Source: Octopus sinensis (lineage: Eukaryota). From it: 64,000 nucleotides of DNA. Both the position numbers and the translations under genes were made by a program. Positions 11,522-26,510 of the stretch are shown piece after piece; the first letter of the stretch is position 1, and each line of letters opens with the position of its first letter. The notes below the pieces were generated by a model. It was not told where the DNA came from. It searched no databases and saw only the letters and a program-made list of their open reading frames with translations. The DNA lies in assembly GCF_006345805.1 (NCBI RefSeq), contig NC_043003.1:61070001-61134000 (forward strand), in the 5' to 3' direction.

Positions 11522-13393
11522 AGAGAGATGATCACAGCCGGAATGTTTTTGTTCATCTGTTATCTAGATCGAGGCTAATAACAACTCCTGTCACAGTTAA
11601 TATGAGAAGCAGTTTTAGATCCTGATTAAAGAAATTTCAGTCACTTCGCTTCTGCTCCTAGGAAAAGAATAATCTTGTCTGATTATGTTCTTCCCATTTT
11701 TTGATGTTAATAGGAGTGTACATCTGTTGATGACCACCTCAACCCATATCCATCACTAAAAATAAATAAATTGACTTTCGTTGTTGTTTATTGCTTGGCA
11801 AATATTACACTTGGCAATCATATGATCAGTGATATTTCAGTCATAGCTGAACACACAGCCTATGTATGACTATCTAGGCTTACATTAACAAATATATCCT
11901 TCATCTGTTTTAAAGATAGCGAGGTGCAGATTGAGAGGTATTTAGCTTCTATTTTCAGCGGGCGGGCTGACTACATACAAGCTCTTTTCTGGGCTGCAGA
12001 ATAAAACATTGGCTGCTCATCTAATTGCTGCATAAAGTAAATATTTATATTCTTTTTTATTTCATTTAAGAAAAACTATCGTACTCGTTACCGCGTAGGA
12101 CAAAATGCTTTGCAGCATTCCCTCTGGCGGTGCAAATCCGGCTGAGATCGACTTTGTCTATCACTCTTTTGGAGTCAATAAAATAAAGTACCATTAAGTA
12201 GTGGAGGCACATGGCCTACTGGTTAGAGCAGCGGATTCGCGGTCGAGGAATCGCGGGTTCGAATCTCAGACCGGGCGATGTGTGTGTTTATGAGCGAAAT
12301 ACCTAAGCTCCACGCGGCTCCGGCAGAAGATAATGGCGAACTTCTGCTGACTCTTTCACCACAACTTTCACTCTTTTTTCTTGCAGCTCACCTGCGACGG
12401 ACCGGCGTCCCGTCCAGGTGGGGAATCCCATAAGCCAAGGAAACCGGGAAACCGGCTCTTATGAGCCAGGCGTGGCTCGAGAAGGAACAAACAACAAACC
12501 AGTTAAGTACTCGTGTGGACAGTGTCGACTAATCCCTTTCCCTCAAAATTACTGGCTTTGTGCGTAAACCAATAAAAGCAGTATTTAATTTAGGGATGGA
12601 CGACGGGCTTACAGAATCGATAGAGCACTGGGACAATGCTTTGTTAATATTTGTATCAACACTTGAGTTCAAATTCCGCCGAGGCCGACTTTGCCTTTCA
12701 TCCTATCGGGATAAATAAAAATAATGAAGTCGATTTACCCTCCACCCCAAAACTGCTGGCCTTGTGCCTAAATTTCAAAATGATATTTGTAGCGAGACTA
12801 TTATTGGGGATATAGCTCAGTGGCGGAGGGTTCGCATCGCAAGCGTAAAGTCTCGGGTCTGAGAGCCGGTATCTCCAAACTTATTCTTCAGGGCGGCGAG
12901 TTGGCACAATCGGTAGCGCACCGGGTAAGATGACTTGGCGGCATTTCTTCCGTCTTTACGTTCTGGGTTCAAATTCCATTGCGGTCGAGGACGATAATAT
13001 AAGTACCAGTTGACCGCTGGGGTCAAGTAATTAGCTTATCTCTCCCCTCAAATTACTGGCTTTGAGCCAAAATTTGAAGCCGTTATTTGTACCTGCACGT
13101 TCACGAGTTGACGTAGACTTTCATCCCGCTAGACCCGATGAAAATTTATATATTTTTAGTGATGGATATGCGTTGAGGTGGTCATCAACAGAAGTACACT
13201 CCTATTAACATCAAAAAATGGGAAGAACATAATCAGACAAGGTTATTCCTTTCCTAGTAGCAGAAGCGAAGTGACTGAAATTTCTTTAATCAGGATCCAA
13301 AACTGCTTCTCATATTAAGTGTGACAGGAATTGTTTTCAGCCTCGATCTAGATAACAGATGAACAAAAACGTTCCCGCTGTGATCATCTCTCT
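11522..13393. repeat. Inverted duplication: 243-bp arms (11522-11764, 13151-13393), about 95% identical, 1.39-kb spacer
   Basis: Manual alignment gave 12 substitutions and no indels. Confidence 0.95.
12203..12495 (+). mobile_element. SINE-3 (tRNA-like head GGAGGCRCAATGGCC...)
   Basis: Related heads at 16520-16660, 27335-27633, 34930-35258 and 47463-47708 (minus) and 15370-15600 (plus), each with different bodies. Confidence 0.8.
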
Positions 13394-14094
13394 GATTAGG
13401 GTATCGATTAACCGCCTTATTTCAAATTTGCTGGCGTCGTATATAAATCAGAAACAATTATTTCATTTAAACCATAGCAGGATCGCACAAAATATCCTCC
13501 TCTATTTATTCTGGTTCTTTGCGTACAAATCCCGCTGATGTCGACTTAGCCGTTCATCTCTCCTCGATGCAATTAAAAAGTTCAAGAATTGGACGTTTTT
13601 TGTTATCGACAAATCCTTCCAATGACACAAGCAAAAATTCCAGGTTTTGTGCCTGTTTCTATTTTTTATCTTTTTTTCTCTCTCTCTTTCTCTCTCTCTC
13701 ATTGGACTGCGGTCAAGCTAGGGCACTACCTCGAAGTGTTTAGCCGATACTTTGTTCTATCCATCTCTTTTGCAGAACAGGATGATAGTTACGGGAATGT
13801 AAACAAACCAACACCAATTTTCAAATAGTGGGTGTGATAAAAAGACACACACACTATTGTGTGCGAATGTAGATAGATAGGTAGATAGATAGATAGATAT
13901 GCTGGGTTTCCACGTAGCTTCATTTTACCAAATTTCTTTACAAGGCATTATAGAAGACGCTTGCCCAAAGCACTGCACAGTGGGGTTGAACCCAAAACCC
14001 TGCGACTGCAAAGCGAACTTCTTAACCACATTGCTGTGCTTGCGACAGCATTTATTTTAGAAACAATTGTTTAAAATACTGCTATTGAATTTTG

Positions 14095-15250
14095 ACACAA
14101 CGCCAGCAATTTTAGGGGGGGGGGAGGGAAAGTCAGTTTCATCGAAACCAGTACTTACTTAGTATTTATTTCAAAAGACTTTAAAAGGATGAAAGCAAAG
14201 TCTTCCTCAAAGTCTTTTGAACTCTGAACGCCGGAAGAAATGTCTCTAACTATTTTGCCCTCTGTTCTTACGATTCTGCCAGCTCACTGTCTTAAGTAAT
14301 TATTTCTACTCTAAGCACAAGGACTTGAAAATTTAGGGAGAAGGGGGCTAGTCGATTACATCGACCCCAGTGTTTCACTGGTATTTAATTTATCGACGTC
14401 CGAAAGAATGAAAGGCAAAGTCGACCTTGGCGGAATTTGAACTCAGAACTTAACGGCAGACGAAATACGGCCAAGTGTTTCGTCCGGCGTGCTAATGATT
14501 CTGCCAGCTCACCGCCTTAAGTAAGCGATAATACCACAACAAGATGTGATAATTAAGTTAAAATTCATCGAAGGAAGATCGAATTCATTGACTACAGTGT
14601 GAATTTGATCGTTCATGTCTTTCTCTGTAACATTTATTAGTTAAACGATATCAAATATCTCTACTGTAGGAAATTCAAACCGACTGTAATTACGTTTAAC
14701 AGAAAACTATGGAGTGTCTCTTACTATAAGAAACCCTATTTAAATTGTCAATGTTCAGTTAAAATCACTGAATATTTAAGAACGAATATATACAGAGAAT
14801 AAGGCGGCGAGCTTGCAGAAACGTTATCATTCCGGGCGAAATGCTTAGCAGTATTTCGTCTGTCTTTACGTTCTGAGTTCAAATACCGCCAAGGCCGACT
14901 TTGCCTTTCATCCTTTTGGGGTCGATAAATTAAGTACCAGTTGTGTATTGTGAGCGATCTAATCGACTAGCCCCTTCTCCCAAGATTTCGAGCCTTGTGC
15001 ATAGAGTAGAAAAGAATATATAGAGAGAATATAAGACGGTGAGATGGTTGAAGCGTTAGCACGTCGAGCGAAATGCTTAATGCCATTTAGTCTGTCGTTA
15101 CGTTCTGATTTCAAATTCCGCCGAGGTCGACGTTGCCTTTCATCCTTTTGGGGGTCGATAAATTAAGTACCAGTTGCGTACTGGGGTCGATTTAATTGAC
15201 TTGCCCCCTCCCCAAAAATCTCGGGCCTTGTGCCTAGAGTAGAAAAGGAT
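14095..15250. mobile_element. SINE-1 cluster (two minus, two plus copies)
   Basis: Same head and core motifs. Tail B is CCTTGTGCCTAGAGTAGAAAAG. Confidence 0.85.
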
Positions 15251-17147
15251 ATATATAGAATTTACATCGTATTGTACAAGACCAATAAGGAAACGTCTAT
15301 ATGATCGTTCAGTGTTTTAATAAGAAAGGTTAATTTTTTGCTATATTTTCCTTACTGTTACCATAACTACTGTGAAGGCGCGTGGCCAAGTAGTTAGGGC
15401 ATTGCCTTCACTGTTGCAAAATCGTTGCTTCGGTTCCTAGAGAGGGTGATGCGATGTGTTTTTGAACAAAGCACTTCAATTCACATAGCTCCAGTCTCTT
15501 CTATATCACACATATATCTGCACAAATAGTGTCGATTGATGGGGGTGGGGTGAGCTAATGTACAGCACAAACATTTGATCACTATAAATAAATAATCTGT
15601 GCATGTTATTTAAAAAGAAATTGCGGAACCCTCATTTATCGTCTACGATTGGAGGGTCTACCACCATGACTATGACCATGGCAACATGAATTATTTAGCT
15701 TTATTATGAAATCACTATAAATTTTACGGATACACAAACGAAATATTCTATCAACGAATTGCAGTTAATTAACATTCAACTAATTTTTCAAGGTATTTCA
15801 CATCGTGCAGTAAAAATAAAATTACGTCAATGAGGTTTCACTTTAATTAATTCATAAAAGCCTAATGGATTTCTATGTTATGCTAAAATCGTGTATCCTC
15901 AGTAAATCCTCATGGTTAAGGCCTTGTTATAATATATTATTTGCTTTGTTAAACTTGAAATCATTCACATATTTAATTCTGCATTTCATATTTTACGCAA
16001 CGGCTCTCTTTTACTCTCTTTTACTTGTTTCAGTCATTTGACTGCGGCCATGCTGGAACACCACCTTTAGTCGATTAAATCGACCCCAGAACTTATTCTT
16101 TGTAAGCCTAGTACTTATTCTATCGGTCTCTTTTGCCGAACCGCTAAGTTATGGGGACGTAAACACACCAGCATCGGAGGTGGGGCGGGCAAACACAGAC
16201 ACACAAACATATATATACGACAGGCTTCTTTCAGTTTCCTCTACCAAGTCCTCTCACAAGGCTTTGGTCAGCCCGAGGCTATAGTAGAAGACACTTGCGC
16301 AGTGGGACTGAACCCGGAACAATGTTGTTGGTAAGCAAACTACTTACCACACAGCCACTCTTTATTTATTTATAGTGATCAAATACGAAACATAATGTTG
16401 TTAGTAACGGTAGTAGTGGAGATGACAACGCTACCATTATAACATCATCTACCATTATCGTTGTCATCGCAGTCAATGCTGCTACTGTACAACTAACATC
16501 GCTTACTGTGCGATACTTTCGCCCCACCTCCACGCCACGCCGGAGCCTCGTGGAGCTTTAGATGTTTTCGCTCAATAAACACACAACGCCCGGTCTGGGA
16601 ATCGAAACCGTGTCCTCCGACCGCGAGCCCGCTACCCTAACCACTGGACTATTGCGCCTCCCCCTTGTGCCTATAGTAGAAAGAAATATTATGATCTCGT
16701 GTATTTTTAAAAAGTTTCTTTTGCTATGAGAAAAAATGTTCATATAGGTTTTATATTTGTCTATATCAGCGCACTTAAATGAAGGTCAGCTTAAAACATT
16801 ATCTGGTGTGCTTAGTTTCAGCTTGAAACGATTTTCCCAAAATATTCTAAATTCATGTCATCATATATATTTTAGGTTTCAGTAAATCTGTGCAAGGCCG
16901 GGTGCAGCTGATAGTTTGATATATCAAGCATATATAATAATCTAAATGCGACAAAAAGTAGTGTTTTGATTAAAGCAAAATTACAATATATCTACCTATT
17001 GCATTTAACTATGAGTGAACATTTTTGGTAAATTTACTGGGGACTAGTATAAATCTGAAAAAAAGCATATCATTATAATAAGTAAAGAGTAATATTCGCT
17101 AATGAGTTCTGAAAAATAACAAAAAGATGTCTAACGTTGGCTACTAT

Positions 17148-17680
17148 TGAGTGGAGGAGCAGCATAGAAAGTGACACTGAAGCACAGTTATACGAAAGCC
17201 AATATTCCCATCATGACTACTCCTCTGATAAGGGTACACCAAGCACATGCATTACAAACATATAAGCGCAACATGGTACTCTCATATCAAGATAAACAGC
17301 GCATGACCTTGCAGGTGGGGGCCAGTTAGAATTTTCTTCGGGTCGAGTAGCACACACTGCTCAAAAAGTCCTCGAATAAGGGTTGTTTAAGTATGATGAA
17401 CCAAATACACAGTTCGTGGACATATTCTTCCAACCTCAAAGAATCCTTCTACACATGGTTATGATGCTCCCCCACTATTCCTGCTCGTAACCAGTGATGC
17501 ACATATCTTCAGCCACTAAGGGACATGCTCATGTGATTAAGGTCAAGCACCTGAGCAGAATTGAGCGGTATTCAGCGGAATATTTGCTGAGGACCATCAT
17601 TTACATCAAAGCGAAACATGTACGTGTTAATTCCAATCAGTTAAGATAAGAATGCGTGAGAGCCACTGCCTAATATTTCA
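17148..17680 (+). mobile_element. (ATT)n-tailed retroposon, diverged full-length copy
   Basis: Colinear with 4028-4570 and followed by (ATT)n. Confidence 0.85.
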
Positions 17681-17703
17681 AATCAATATTGTTGTTGTTA
17701 TTA

Positions 17704-17742
<39 letters not shown>

Positions 17743-17950
17743 TAAGGCGGCGAACTGGTAGAAACGTTAGCACACCGGGCGAAATGCTTAGCAGTATTTC
17801 GTCTACCACTACGTCCGATTTCCGCCGAGGTCGACTTTGCTTTTCATCCTTTCGGAGCCGATTAAATAAGTACTAGTTACGCGCTTGGGTCGATGTAATC
17901 GACTTAATCCCTTCCCCCAAATTTGAGACCTTGTGCCTCCAGTACAAAGG

Positions 17951-17985
<35 letters not shown>

Positions 17986-18217
17986 GGAGGCGAACTGACA
18001 GAATCGTTAGCACGCCGGGCGAAATGCTTAGCGGCACTTCGTCTACCTTGACGTTCTGAGTTCAAAATCCGCCGAGAGGTTAATTCAAGTAAATCTTCGG
18101 CATTGAGCAGAATATTTGTTGTAGCCCATCTTTAACAACAAAACAAAACACGTACGTATTAGCAATTCCAATCAGTTAAGATCAGAGTACATGGCAGCCA
18201 GTGCCTAATCTTTCAAA

Positions 18218-18250
<33 letters not shown>

Positions 18251-18839
18251 GTATTGTCTTTTCACAGCTTCTAACATTGTAGATGTACTACAAAGTCAGT
18301 TGTTCACTACTAGTGAACTAAGATAACACTCGTTATTTTTCGAGCACCATCCGGAGAATTCGAGTGGTTCCATGCAGTGCTATTTTCTGCAAATGCTCCA
18401 CCTTATTGTAGCCCCTATTTGTTACATATACTTCTCAAGATTTCTACTCACTGTTCCCAGGGCTCCGATAATTATCGGTACTACTACCACCTTTTTCAGT
18501 GACTACAACTGCTTAACCTCCCAAGGTAATCTGTTATATCTATCTACTTTTCTTTCTTCCTTATCGCATACCTTATTGTCAGCTGGACATGCTATATCTA
18601 TGATCCGGCATCGCTTGCTTTCTTTCTTAATACTATGTCTGCTTACCTGTTCTCTATCTCATGGTCGCACTGAATCATAAAATCCCATAGGATCTTTGCA
18701 TTATCATTTTCGATGATGCCTTCGGGTTTATGTTCGTACCACTTTTTTGCTCTGTCAAGTTCATACTAATAATGATAATAATAATCCATCATAATCCATA
18801 TGGACAAGTATGGACTACCATTATTATTATTATTATTAT

Positions 18840-18871
<32 letters not shown>

Positions 18872-19789
18872 TTACTATTGTTATTTATGATTATTGTTAT
18901 TATTATTATTAATATTATTTATTATTATTAAGGCGGCGAGCAGACAGAATTGTTAACACGCTGGGCAAAATGCTTAGCGGCATTTTGTCCACCTTGACGT
19001 TCTGAGTTCAAATTCCGCCGAGATCGACTTGGCCTTTCATCGATCAAATCGACTGGCTCCTCCCCCCAAATTTTGAGTTTTGTGCCTATAGTAGAAAGGA
19101 TTATTATTATTACCGAATATTGTTTTGTTTTTAGCATCAACACATTTCTATGTCTTTAGTACTCCCATCTTAATTTAATTATAATTTTTTACATGCAGCT
19201 AGCCTTCTAAAACGAGTATACACAGTTAAATTACATTTCAAAATCGTCTGCAGTTGTACGAATTAATTAATTCGAGAGGAATGACAGCAATTAAAAAAAG
19301 TGTTTTATAAAACAAGGACAGAAAAAGCGTTAGGAATAACATATAATCAGAAAGTAAGCTGAAAAGAATTATTGGCACGCCTTTTCAAAAAATACTGAAA
19401 TATCAGTATTGTTTATCACCACAAATACAATCAGGACAGACATCATAGAAACATCTGCTGTCATCACTTTGAAAATATTTTCATTGCCAGATAAAGTATT
19501 TAAGGAATCAGGTGATAGCATTTGGTTGCAAATAAATGAATTCCAACGTGGAATTAATTTGTCATACAAGATTAGTTTTGTTTAAATAGCACAAAGATAA
19601 CGCAACGTTTTTTTCTTAAAGAAATAAATTATTGTTTACCGATTCGAAAGAGATATTTAATGGTGTTTTGTTTGCTGGATTGAGAAGCTGATTATAAATG
19701 CTTCCTATCAGAAGTGAAGTACGAGCGGCTACGCAGCAAGAACAGCAAAAATTAAATCCAGTATTTTAATATAGATTTAATACGATTAA

Positions 19790-19871
<82 letters not shown>

Positions 19872-20887
19872 CAAAGTATACAGTATTATAGATCTATTAT
19901 AACAGATCTTGCTTATCGGTTTTGCAACGGATATTAAATAACCGGATATTAAGTAACAAGGTGGTTATTCAATACACGTGCATTGCGGAGATGACAGGCA
20001 TGGAAAAATATACCGACTACTCTGTTATTGGAAATGTAAAATTGTCGCGTCAGGTTTGTTGGTACAGTGAAAAAAGACGAAATGAAGACGCGAGAGAAAA
20101 CTGGATGAGAGATTTATGAACAGTTATGCTCTTTGGCCTTCAAACACCTGAGCTAGATTTGATGCAGCAAGAGTCTAGTGGATGAAAATATGTGAAGGGA
20201 GTTTAATAGGTTGGTTTGAGGGGAGAGGGGGCAGGTTTATGCGTAAGGAATTTTGGAGGAGGAATTTAACCTTATGGTTGTGCTCATATGCGTGTGTCCT
20301 TGTGAGCATGATTTGATCAAAGACTTTGCTGAGGTCTCAGGATTTGAATGCTGGAGAAGCAATGTTGGAGAACTAGGGTATGTATTCAAGATAGAACATG
20401 TTAGTGAGATAACATTCACCTTCTCTCATATGGGCACAAGCTAAACATTTCGTTTGAGGGAAATTTTTTAAAATAATTCTTTTACAGTTGTGCATAACCT
20501 GCATTTTCTGTTATTAAAATAAGGCTTGCTCTTCAGTAAATTTTTTGCATCTGTTGTCGTAATCGGTGGTGCATTCCATCAGTGACCATGCATGTCGAAC
20601 CAGAACTGTGACATTGCGTCCCACCAGATTACTGAAGGAGGACTGATAACTGTAGAATCTGTTCCTAAAAGGAACATCTATCACGTTCATATACTTCAGC
20701 ACGATTGACTATTCATTGGGGCTCTTTGATATAATCTCAGAATTATATGCGACTGTTTCTGTGTTGCAGTGGCCGTTAAGAAGACGTGTGTTATCTCTGC
20801 ATAAGCATTCCACTCCTATCTCAGGTGTGTATCTACTCCTGCGCCGGGGCAACACATGTATATGTTAATGTACCAAGATAATATATA

Positions 20888-21028
20888 TTAGGTTGTCCCA
20901 AAAGTTCGTAAACACTTGCGAAAATTGAATTTTTACTCGCCAAGTACAAACAAAAACAACAAAAATTATTCCTCAAAATAAAGACCATTATTTTCCAAGA
21001 CTTTCTACAAACTTTTGGGGCAACCTTA
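20888..21028. mobile_element. Mariner-type MITE (141 bp)
   Basis: TIRs TTAGGTTGTCCCAAAAGTTCGT vs TAAGGTTGCCCCAAAAGTTTGT, with TA flanks. Confidence 0.85.
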
Positions 21029-21636
21029 TATTTATCTCTTTATTGCCCACAGGGCGCTCAACATAGAAGGGACAAACAAGAACAGACAAAGGGATTAAGG
21101 CGATTACATCGACCCCAGTGCGTCACTGGTATTTATTTAATCGACCCTGAAAGGATGAAAAGCAAAGTCGACCACGGGAGGATTTGAACTCAGAACGTAA
21201 CGGCGGGCGAAATACCGTGCTAACGATTCAGCCAGTTCGCCGCCCTAATATAATATGTATTATAATTGTTCGGGTATATAGACGTGTGTGTACTTGAGTG
21301 GATGGATACTGTATGCGAGTGTGCATACGTGTACACAGGTGTATATGTATACACATATATATTTTTATATGAGTGTTTGCATATACATGTATATGTATGT
21401 TGAATTAATAAATAATAATTGATTTAAGTCAATTGTTGTTCATCAATATTTCTCTGTTTTCCGTTTTCTTTAAATTTTGATTCTTGTTAAACTTATGTTT
21501 ATCCTTGTCTTTACCTATAGTTTATGAACATAATATGCTTGCATATGTATTCCCATGGTTAGACATAGGTAATATACCGGTGGTATAATGGATACTTCTG
21601 TCCCTTCTACAGTTATTTTCACCTCTACTTCAGTTA

Positions 21637-21683
<47 letters not shown>

Positions 21684-21818
21684 TATATATATATGTATGT
21701 ATGTATATATGTATGTATGTATATATGTATGCATGTATGTATTTATGTATGTATGTATGTATATATATATATATGTGTGTGTGTGTGTATACATATATAT
21801 ATATATATATATATAAAG

Positions 21819-21877
<59 letters not shown>

Positions 21878-22785
21878 GAACACTGAGTTAATTCCCTAAT
21901 CTCATTTTGTTGAATACACACACATACGTGCATGCATACATACATACATACATACATACACGCATACGCACACATACACACACACTTATATTCTATCACT
22001 ATTTATCTTTTCTGTTAGCCGAATTAAATGGAATCCCTTCCTTTGTTACATAACGATACCCAATACCGTTATCATTACTCCTTTGTCTAAATTTTCTTAT
22101 CAATTTAAGATATATTATTTCCACAACACTCCTCGTTTATTTATTCACGCATAAATGTCTAAGTATGAATTTGTATATTTGATAATTAGTTTGGGGGCTT
22201 GTTTATTTACACTAGTGCTAGCGCTACTGCAGTAAGTACCTCTTTTTCCTGCCATTTCTAAAGCAAACAACCGGTACTGTGTAAATATTGCAAATTTCAA
22301 AGATGTGCGACTGTTTATAAAATGTCTCAAGACAGATATTTCCTCCACCTCAGGTTACGAACAGGCGTTCAAACGTTCTGAAGCCCCATGGTGATGAAAG
22401 GAACAGTACAAAATCTTTTTTTTTTCTTTTTTCAAGCAGCAACATTGAAAGAAAATATCTTGCAGTTCGATGAAACGTGATCGTTCTAAGGCAAATTAAC
22501 AACGTGATCGTTCACAAAAGCATTAACGAAAACAACACCAATAATAGTAATAATAATAATAATAATAAGAAGAAGAAGAAGAAGAAGAAGAAGAATACAA
22601 GTGTATATAACATACATAAAATATCACTACTAGGCACCTCACACATTCTACGTGAAGCACTTGCAATACAGGGAAAATAAGAACACCACAGCAAAGTAAA
22701 CCGTAGCAAAGTACACCCCACACTCAAGGCACACAGACCTGCGTTCGGTAGTGCATTGAAAGCACGTGATAAAAATAAAACAACC

Positions 22786-22831
<46 letters not shown>

Positions 22832-22832
<1 letters not shown>

Positions 22833-23434
22833 GCCATGATGAAGTACCGGGCAGTGGCTCTCATGGATGTTGATCTGAACTGATGCCCTGATGCAGTACC
22901 AGGCAGTGGCTTTCATGGCTGCTGATCTTAATTGATTGGAAGTGTTATCATGTACATTGTTTTGTCTTGGTATAAAAGATGGGCAACAGCAAATATTCTG
23001 CTCAATAACACATATTTGCTTGTCAGTTGTTTGACCTTAACCAGTTGAGCATGTTCCGTAATGGCTAACGATATGTGCATCTCTGATCCCAAGCAGAAAT
23101 ATTGGTGGAGCATCATAGCCGTGTGCTGAAAGGAATTCTTAGAGGCTTGGATAATTCACCTTTGGAAACATGGGTGTTTCTTTCAACATCCTTAAAAATC
23201 GTTATTCGGGGACCTTTTGAGTGAGATGGGCTACTCGACTAGAAGAAAATTCTAACTGGGCCCCACCTGCAAGGTCGTGTGCTGTTTATCTTGATATGAG
23301 ATCACCATGTCGTGCACATATGGTTGAGATGCATGTGCCTTGTGTACCCTCATCAGACGTGTAGTCATGATGGGTATACTGGGCTTTGTATATTTTACCC
23401 GTGTTCTTTGATGGCATGCACTGCTCTCTCACTC

Positions 23435-23435
<1 letters not shown>
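22832..23435 (-). mobile_element. (ATT)n-tailed retroposon, copy with a duplicated 3' terminus
   Basis: Reverse complement of 4028-4570. The last 50 nt or so are tandemly repeated at 22832-22930. Confidence 0.85.
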
Positions 23436-23469
<34 letters not shown>

Positions 23470-23559
23470 TAATAATGGCTATGATGATGATGACGATGAT
23501 GATGGTGTGGAGTGATAATGATGGTGGGAGTGATGATGATAATGTTTTCTTTGTTAACA

Positions 23560-25750
23560 ATCCAGGGGCTATCCTCCAATCTATAGGCGCATACACAGAG
23601 CGATCCAATTCACTCAAACCAAAATCACCATTTTCATCCTCCTTTCAACGAATTTATTCGGTGGCAGAACTCCCCTCCCCATCCTTTCATTCCTTTTGAA
23701 ATAATGCTTCAAAAAGCTGAGGACTAGTCCAACGATGGATGTATTCATATTCAGGGCTTCCAATCTCCGCTGTAAGCGCTGACGATACCCTGCCGTAAGC
23801 GCTGACGATACCCTAAGTGATAAACGCCCTATCTCGGCTTTTGCTTGACCCAGAATTGTAGCCTCATCATAGAGACGAGTTGTGGAAAACACGTATGATA
23901 GATGGCGACAATACATTTTTACTGTCAAGAAAATGCTAGAGATGCCGCAGCCTCAGTGTATGTCTACACACCATCATCCACAACATGCTCAATCTTTCAC
24001 TTAACAGATATTGACAGCAAATGGAGCACTTTAACAGAGGAATGCTTTACTTCCATAAAAATGGGAACAACAAGTGTTGTAGTCTGGTAAGATGTGAAAT
24101 AGTGCAAAACACAACGGTCAGACGGTAATAGATGATTGTGCAATGTGCGTGTTTTCCTTCTCTGGCTAACCTTTCAGGGATAGCTTTGTAGGTATATTTT
24201 TGAGTAAAACTGATAACTTTGCTCGTCATTTTCCCCCAGTTTTTCTTTATCACCACGTGCAAGTTCGTCATGACGAGCACCACCTACATACTGTCCAGAT
24301 CCTGTTCGAAAGACCCAACCCATTCCTCAGCAACATTCTCATTCCACTCTCCGTTACTCTTCAACTCAGAGATATGTAGATCTCAGTCTACTAAAATGGA
24401 CGCCTTATCATGTTTCATAAATCCTGAACTAGCTGATGGCTATCATATTCATTGCTTGTGATCTCAATTTATTGAACAGGCAACCTTTTTTCCAGGAAGA
24501 TGTTTACGTACGTATATTTATGCAATCCATTCAATAGTTACTTAATTTAATGGCTTTTCTGTAAGCAATAGGTTGTAGCAAAATCACTGAGATGGTCAAT
24601 AGAGTCATGACCTAACATCTCAATCATCTGCTCTCCGTTATTACTCAAACTCCTCATTCGGTAAGGAGACAAGGTCTAGGGTCATTTTCAGAAGCTCAGG
24701 GTTTACATGGAGAAAGATCTACAACGTAATCTCAAATCATTTCTCCCACCACGCTCTATTCCTTTCCAGTAGTGTTTCGCTACTCTCCAACACTACACAT
24801 GTCAAGACCCACCAGAATCTTTGCATTATTACCTTGAAAGTCTTTCTCCTCAAATAAGTGGGGAAGTGAGTATAGTCATCGCTGGTGCGGTGAACCACTG
24901 AGTATTGTACTGCGAAAGTCTCGATCATAATTAAGTCATCGACCCCACTGATCCGACACGCCCAGATATGTTTTGCATGTCTTCTGTACCTTGCGAGCCC
25001 GCTTGTTTTGTGAATTCGTTGTATTCTCCAATTGATAAATAGTCATACTCACGCAGTGATATACGACAAGCTTTGTAGCAGTAGCAGCTAGAATTTTAGG
25101 AAGAAAAACAAGATGTCTTCTCTCTTAATTTTACTAAATTGAGCAACGTTTTAAGTTTTTTAGTTTGCTCCGTTTATCATTTATAGAAAAAATATGGAAG
25201 CTATTCAACCAGAAGAAGCCTTAATACTGTTGCTTTGGTGATATCGGTTTGTCTTCTGCCGGTGTTATTGCTCCTACTGTTACTGTCGTTGTTTCCCTTC
25301 TGTAATTACTGCAACTGCATTTGTTGCCTCATTCGTTGTGTGCCATTACTGCACAATATTTGGGTAGTAGTGGTGGCGACTGTGTTTCTGATGCTACAGC
25401 TTGTTGCTGCATTGGTGACAGCCATAGCAGTGGACTCGTCTTTCCTGCTGGTACTTTTGTGAGCTTCTTTGTTTAACATGTCATTCTTCATACTGCTGCT
25501 TCTGTTGTTTTTGCTGATGATGTTACTGTTGATCTTCTGGCTTTTGTTGCTACTATTCTTTTTACTACTACGCCTGTCTCCTGTGTTATTTTTTGGTGCC
25601 TGCGACCAGCAGTTTCACCTTCAAAATCTCTTCCCACCTTCTATTCTTTGTCGAGCAGCAAAAAGGAATCCTTTTGAAAAGTTTTCCATGCTTCGGAAAA
25701 TTTTCATTCTTTTCTAAACAAATTCGCCCTACAGAGCAAACAATAGTTTA
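23560..25750 (-). mobile_element. Old degenerate APE/RT non-LTR retrotransposon (low-complexity ORF1 tail plus ORF2 remnants)
   Basis: Long purine-rich minus-strand frames, with decayed RT motifs (RHLS, GRGVLPPNKF, SVYAPID near the YADD position). Contains a 21-bp tandem duplication at about 23770-23815. Confidence 0.6.
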
Positions 25751-26096
25751 TCAATCCCTTGGGGTTCTTGTGATCTGAAAAACACTGCAGGCCAATAAAA
25801 ACAAAGTTAAAAACCACTTAACAGGAAAACAAAGCACAAACCTACGAAGCCTCAAGAACACGTCTTGTTTCAGTGGTATATATAATAATAACAATAATAA
25901 TAATAATAATATAATAATAATAACAACAATTTTACGATTATTATTATTATTATTATTATTATATGCTTAATATTTTTTATTATTGTCTTGTTGTTGCTAT
26001 TGTTGTTTAGTGTTAGATCTTTGGCTCCTGAGAATATCTTTGTTTTCGATGGAAATACATTGTTTTCTTAAAAAACATCTGTCTTTTTTGTTAAGA

Positions 26097-26510
26097 CAGC
26101 GAGCTGGCAGAAACGTTAGCACGCCGGGCGAAATGCGTAGCCATATTTCGTCTGCTGTTACGGTCTGAGTTCAAATTCCGCCGAGGTCGACTTTGCCTTT
26201 TATACTTTCGGGGTCGATAAATTAAGTACCAGTTACGCACTAGGGTCGATATAATCGAATTAATCCGTTTGTCCTTGTTTGTCCTCTCTGTGTTTAGCCC
26301 CTTGTGGGTAGTAAAGAAATAGGTATTTCGTCTGTATTTATGTTCTGAGTTCAAATTCCGTCGAGGTCGACTTTGCCTTTTATCCTTTCGAGATCGTTAA
26401 ATTAAATACTAGTTGCGTACTGGGTCGATTTAATCGACTGGCCTCATCCCCCCCCCATTAAATTTCGGACCATGTGCCTAAAGTAGAAAAATACCTATTT
26501 TTTGCATTTC
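26097..26510 (+). mobile_element. SINE-1 dimer (tail A unit plus tail B unit)
   Basis: The second unit restarts at GGTATTTCGTC directly after AAAGAAATA. Confidence 0.9.

Noticed and set aside
12203-12290. tRNA-like sequences (also 16590-16660, 27580-27633, 47640-47708)
   Set aside because: A/B boxes run into SINE bodies, with no complete acceptor stem; these are SINE heads, not tRNA genes.
20500-20760. Possible Tc1-like transposase remnant or minus-strand exon
   Set aside because: Only a weak PSVIWWDAMS resemblance, and all frames hit stops; not supportable.
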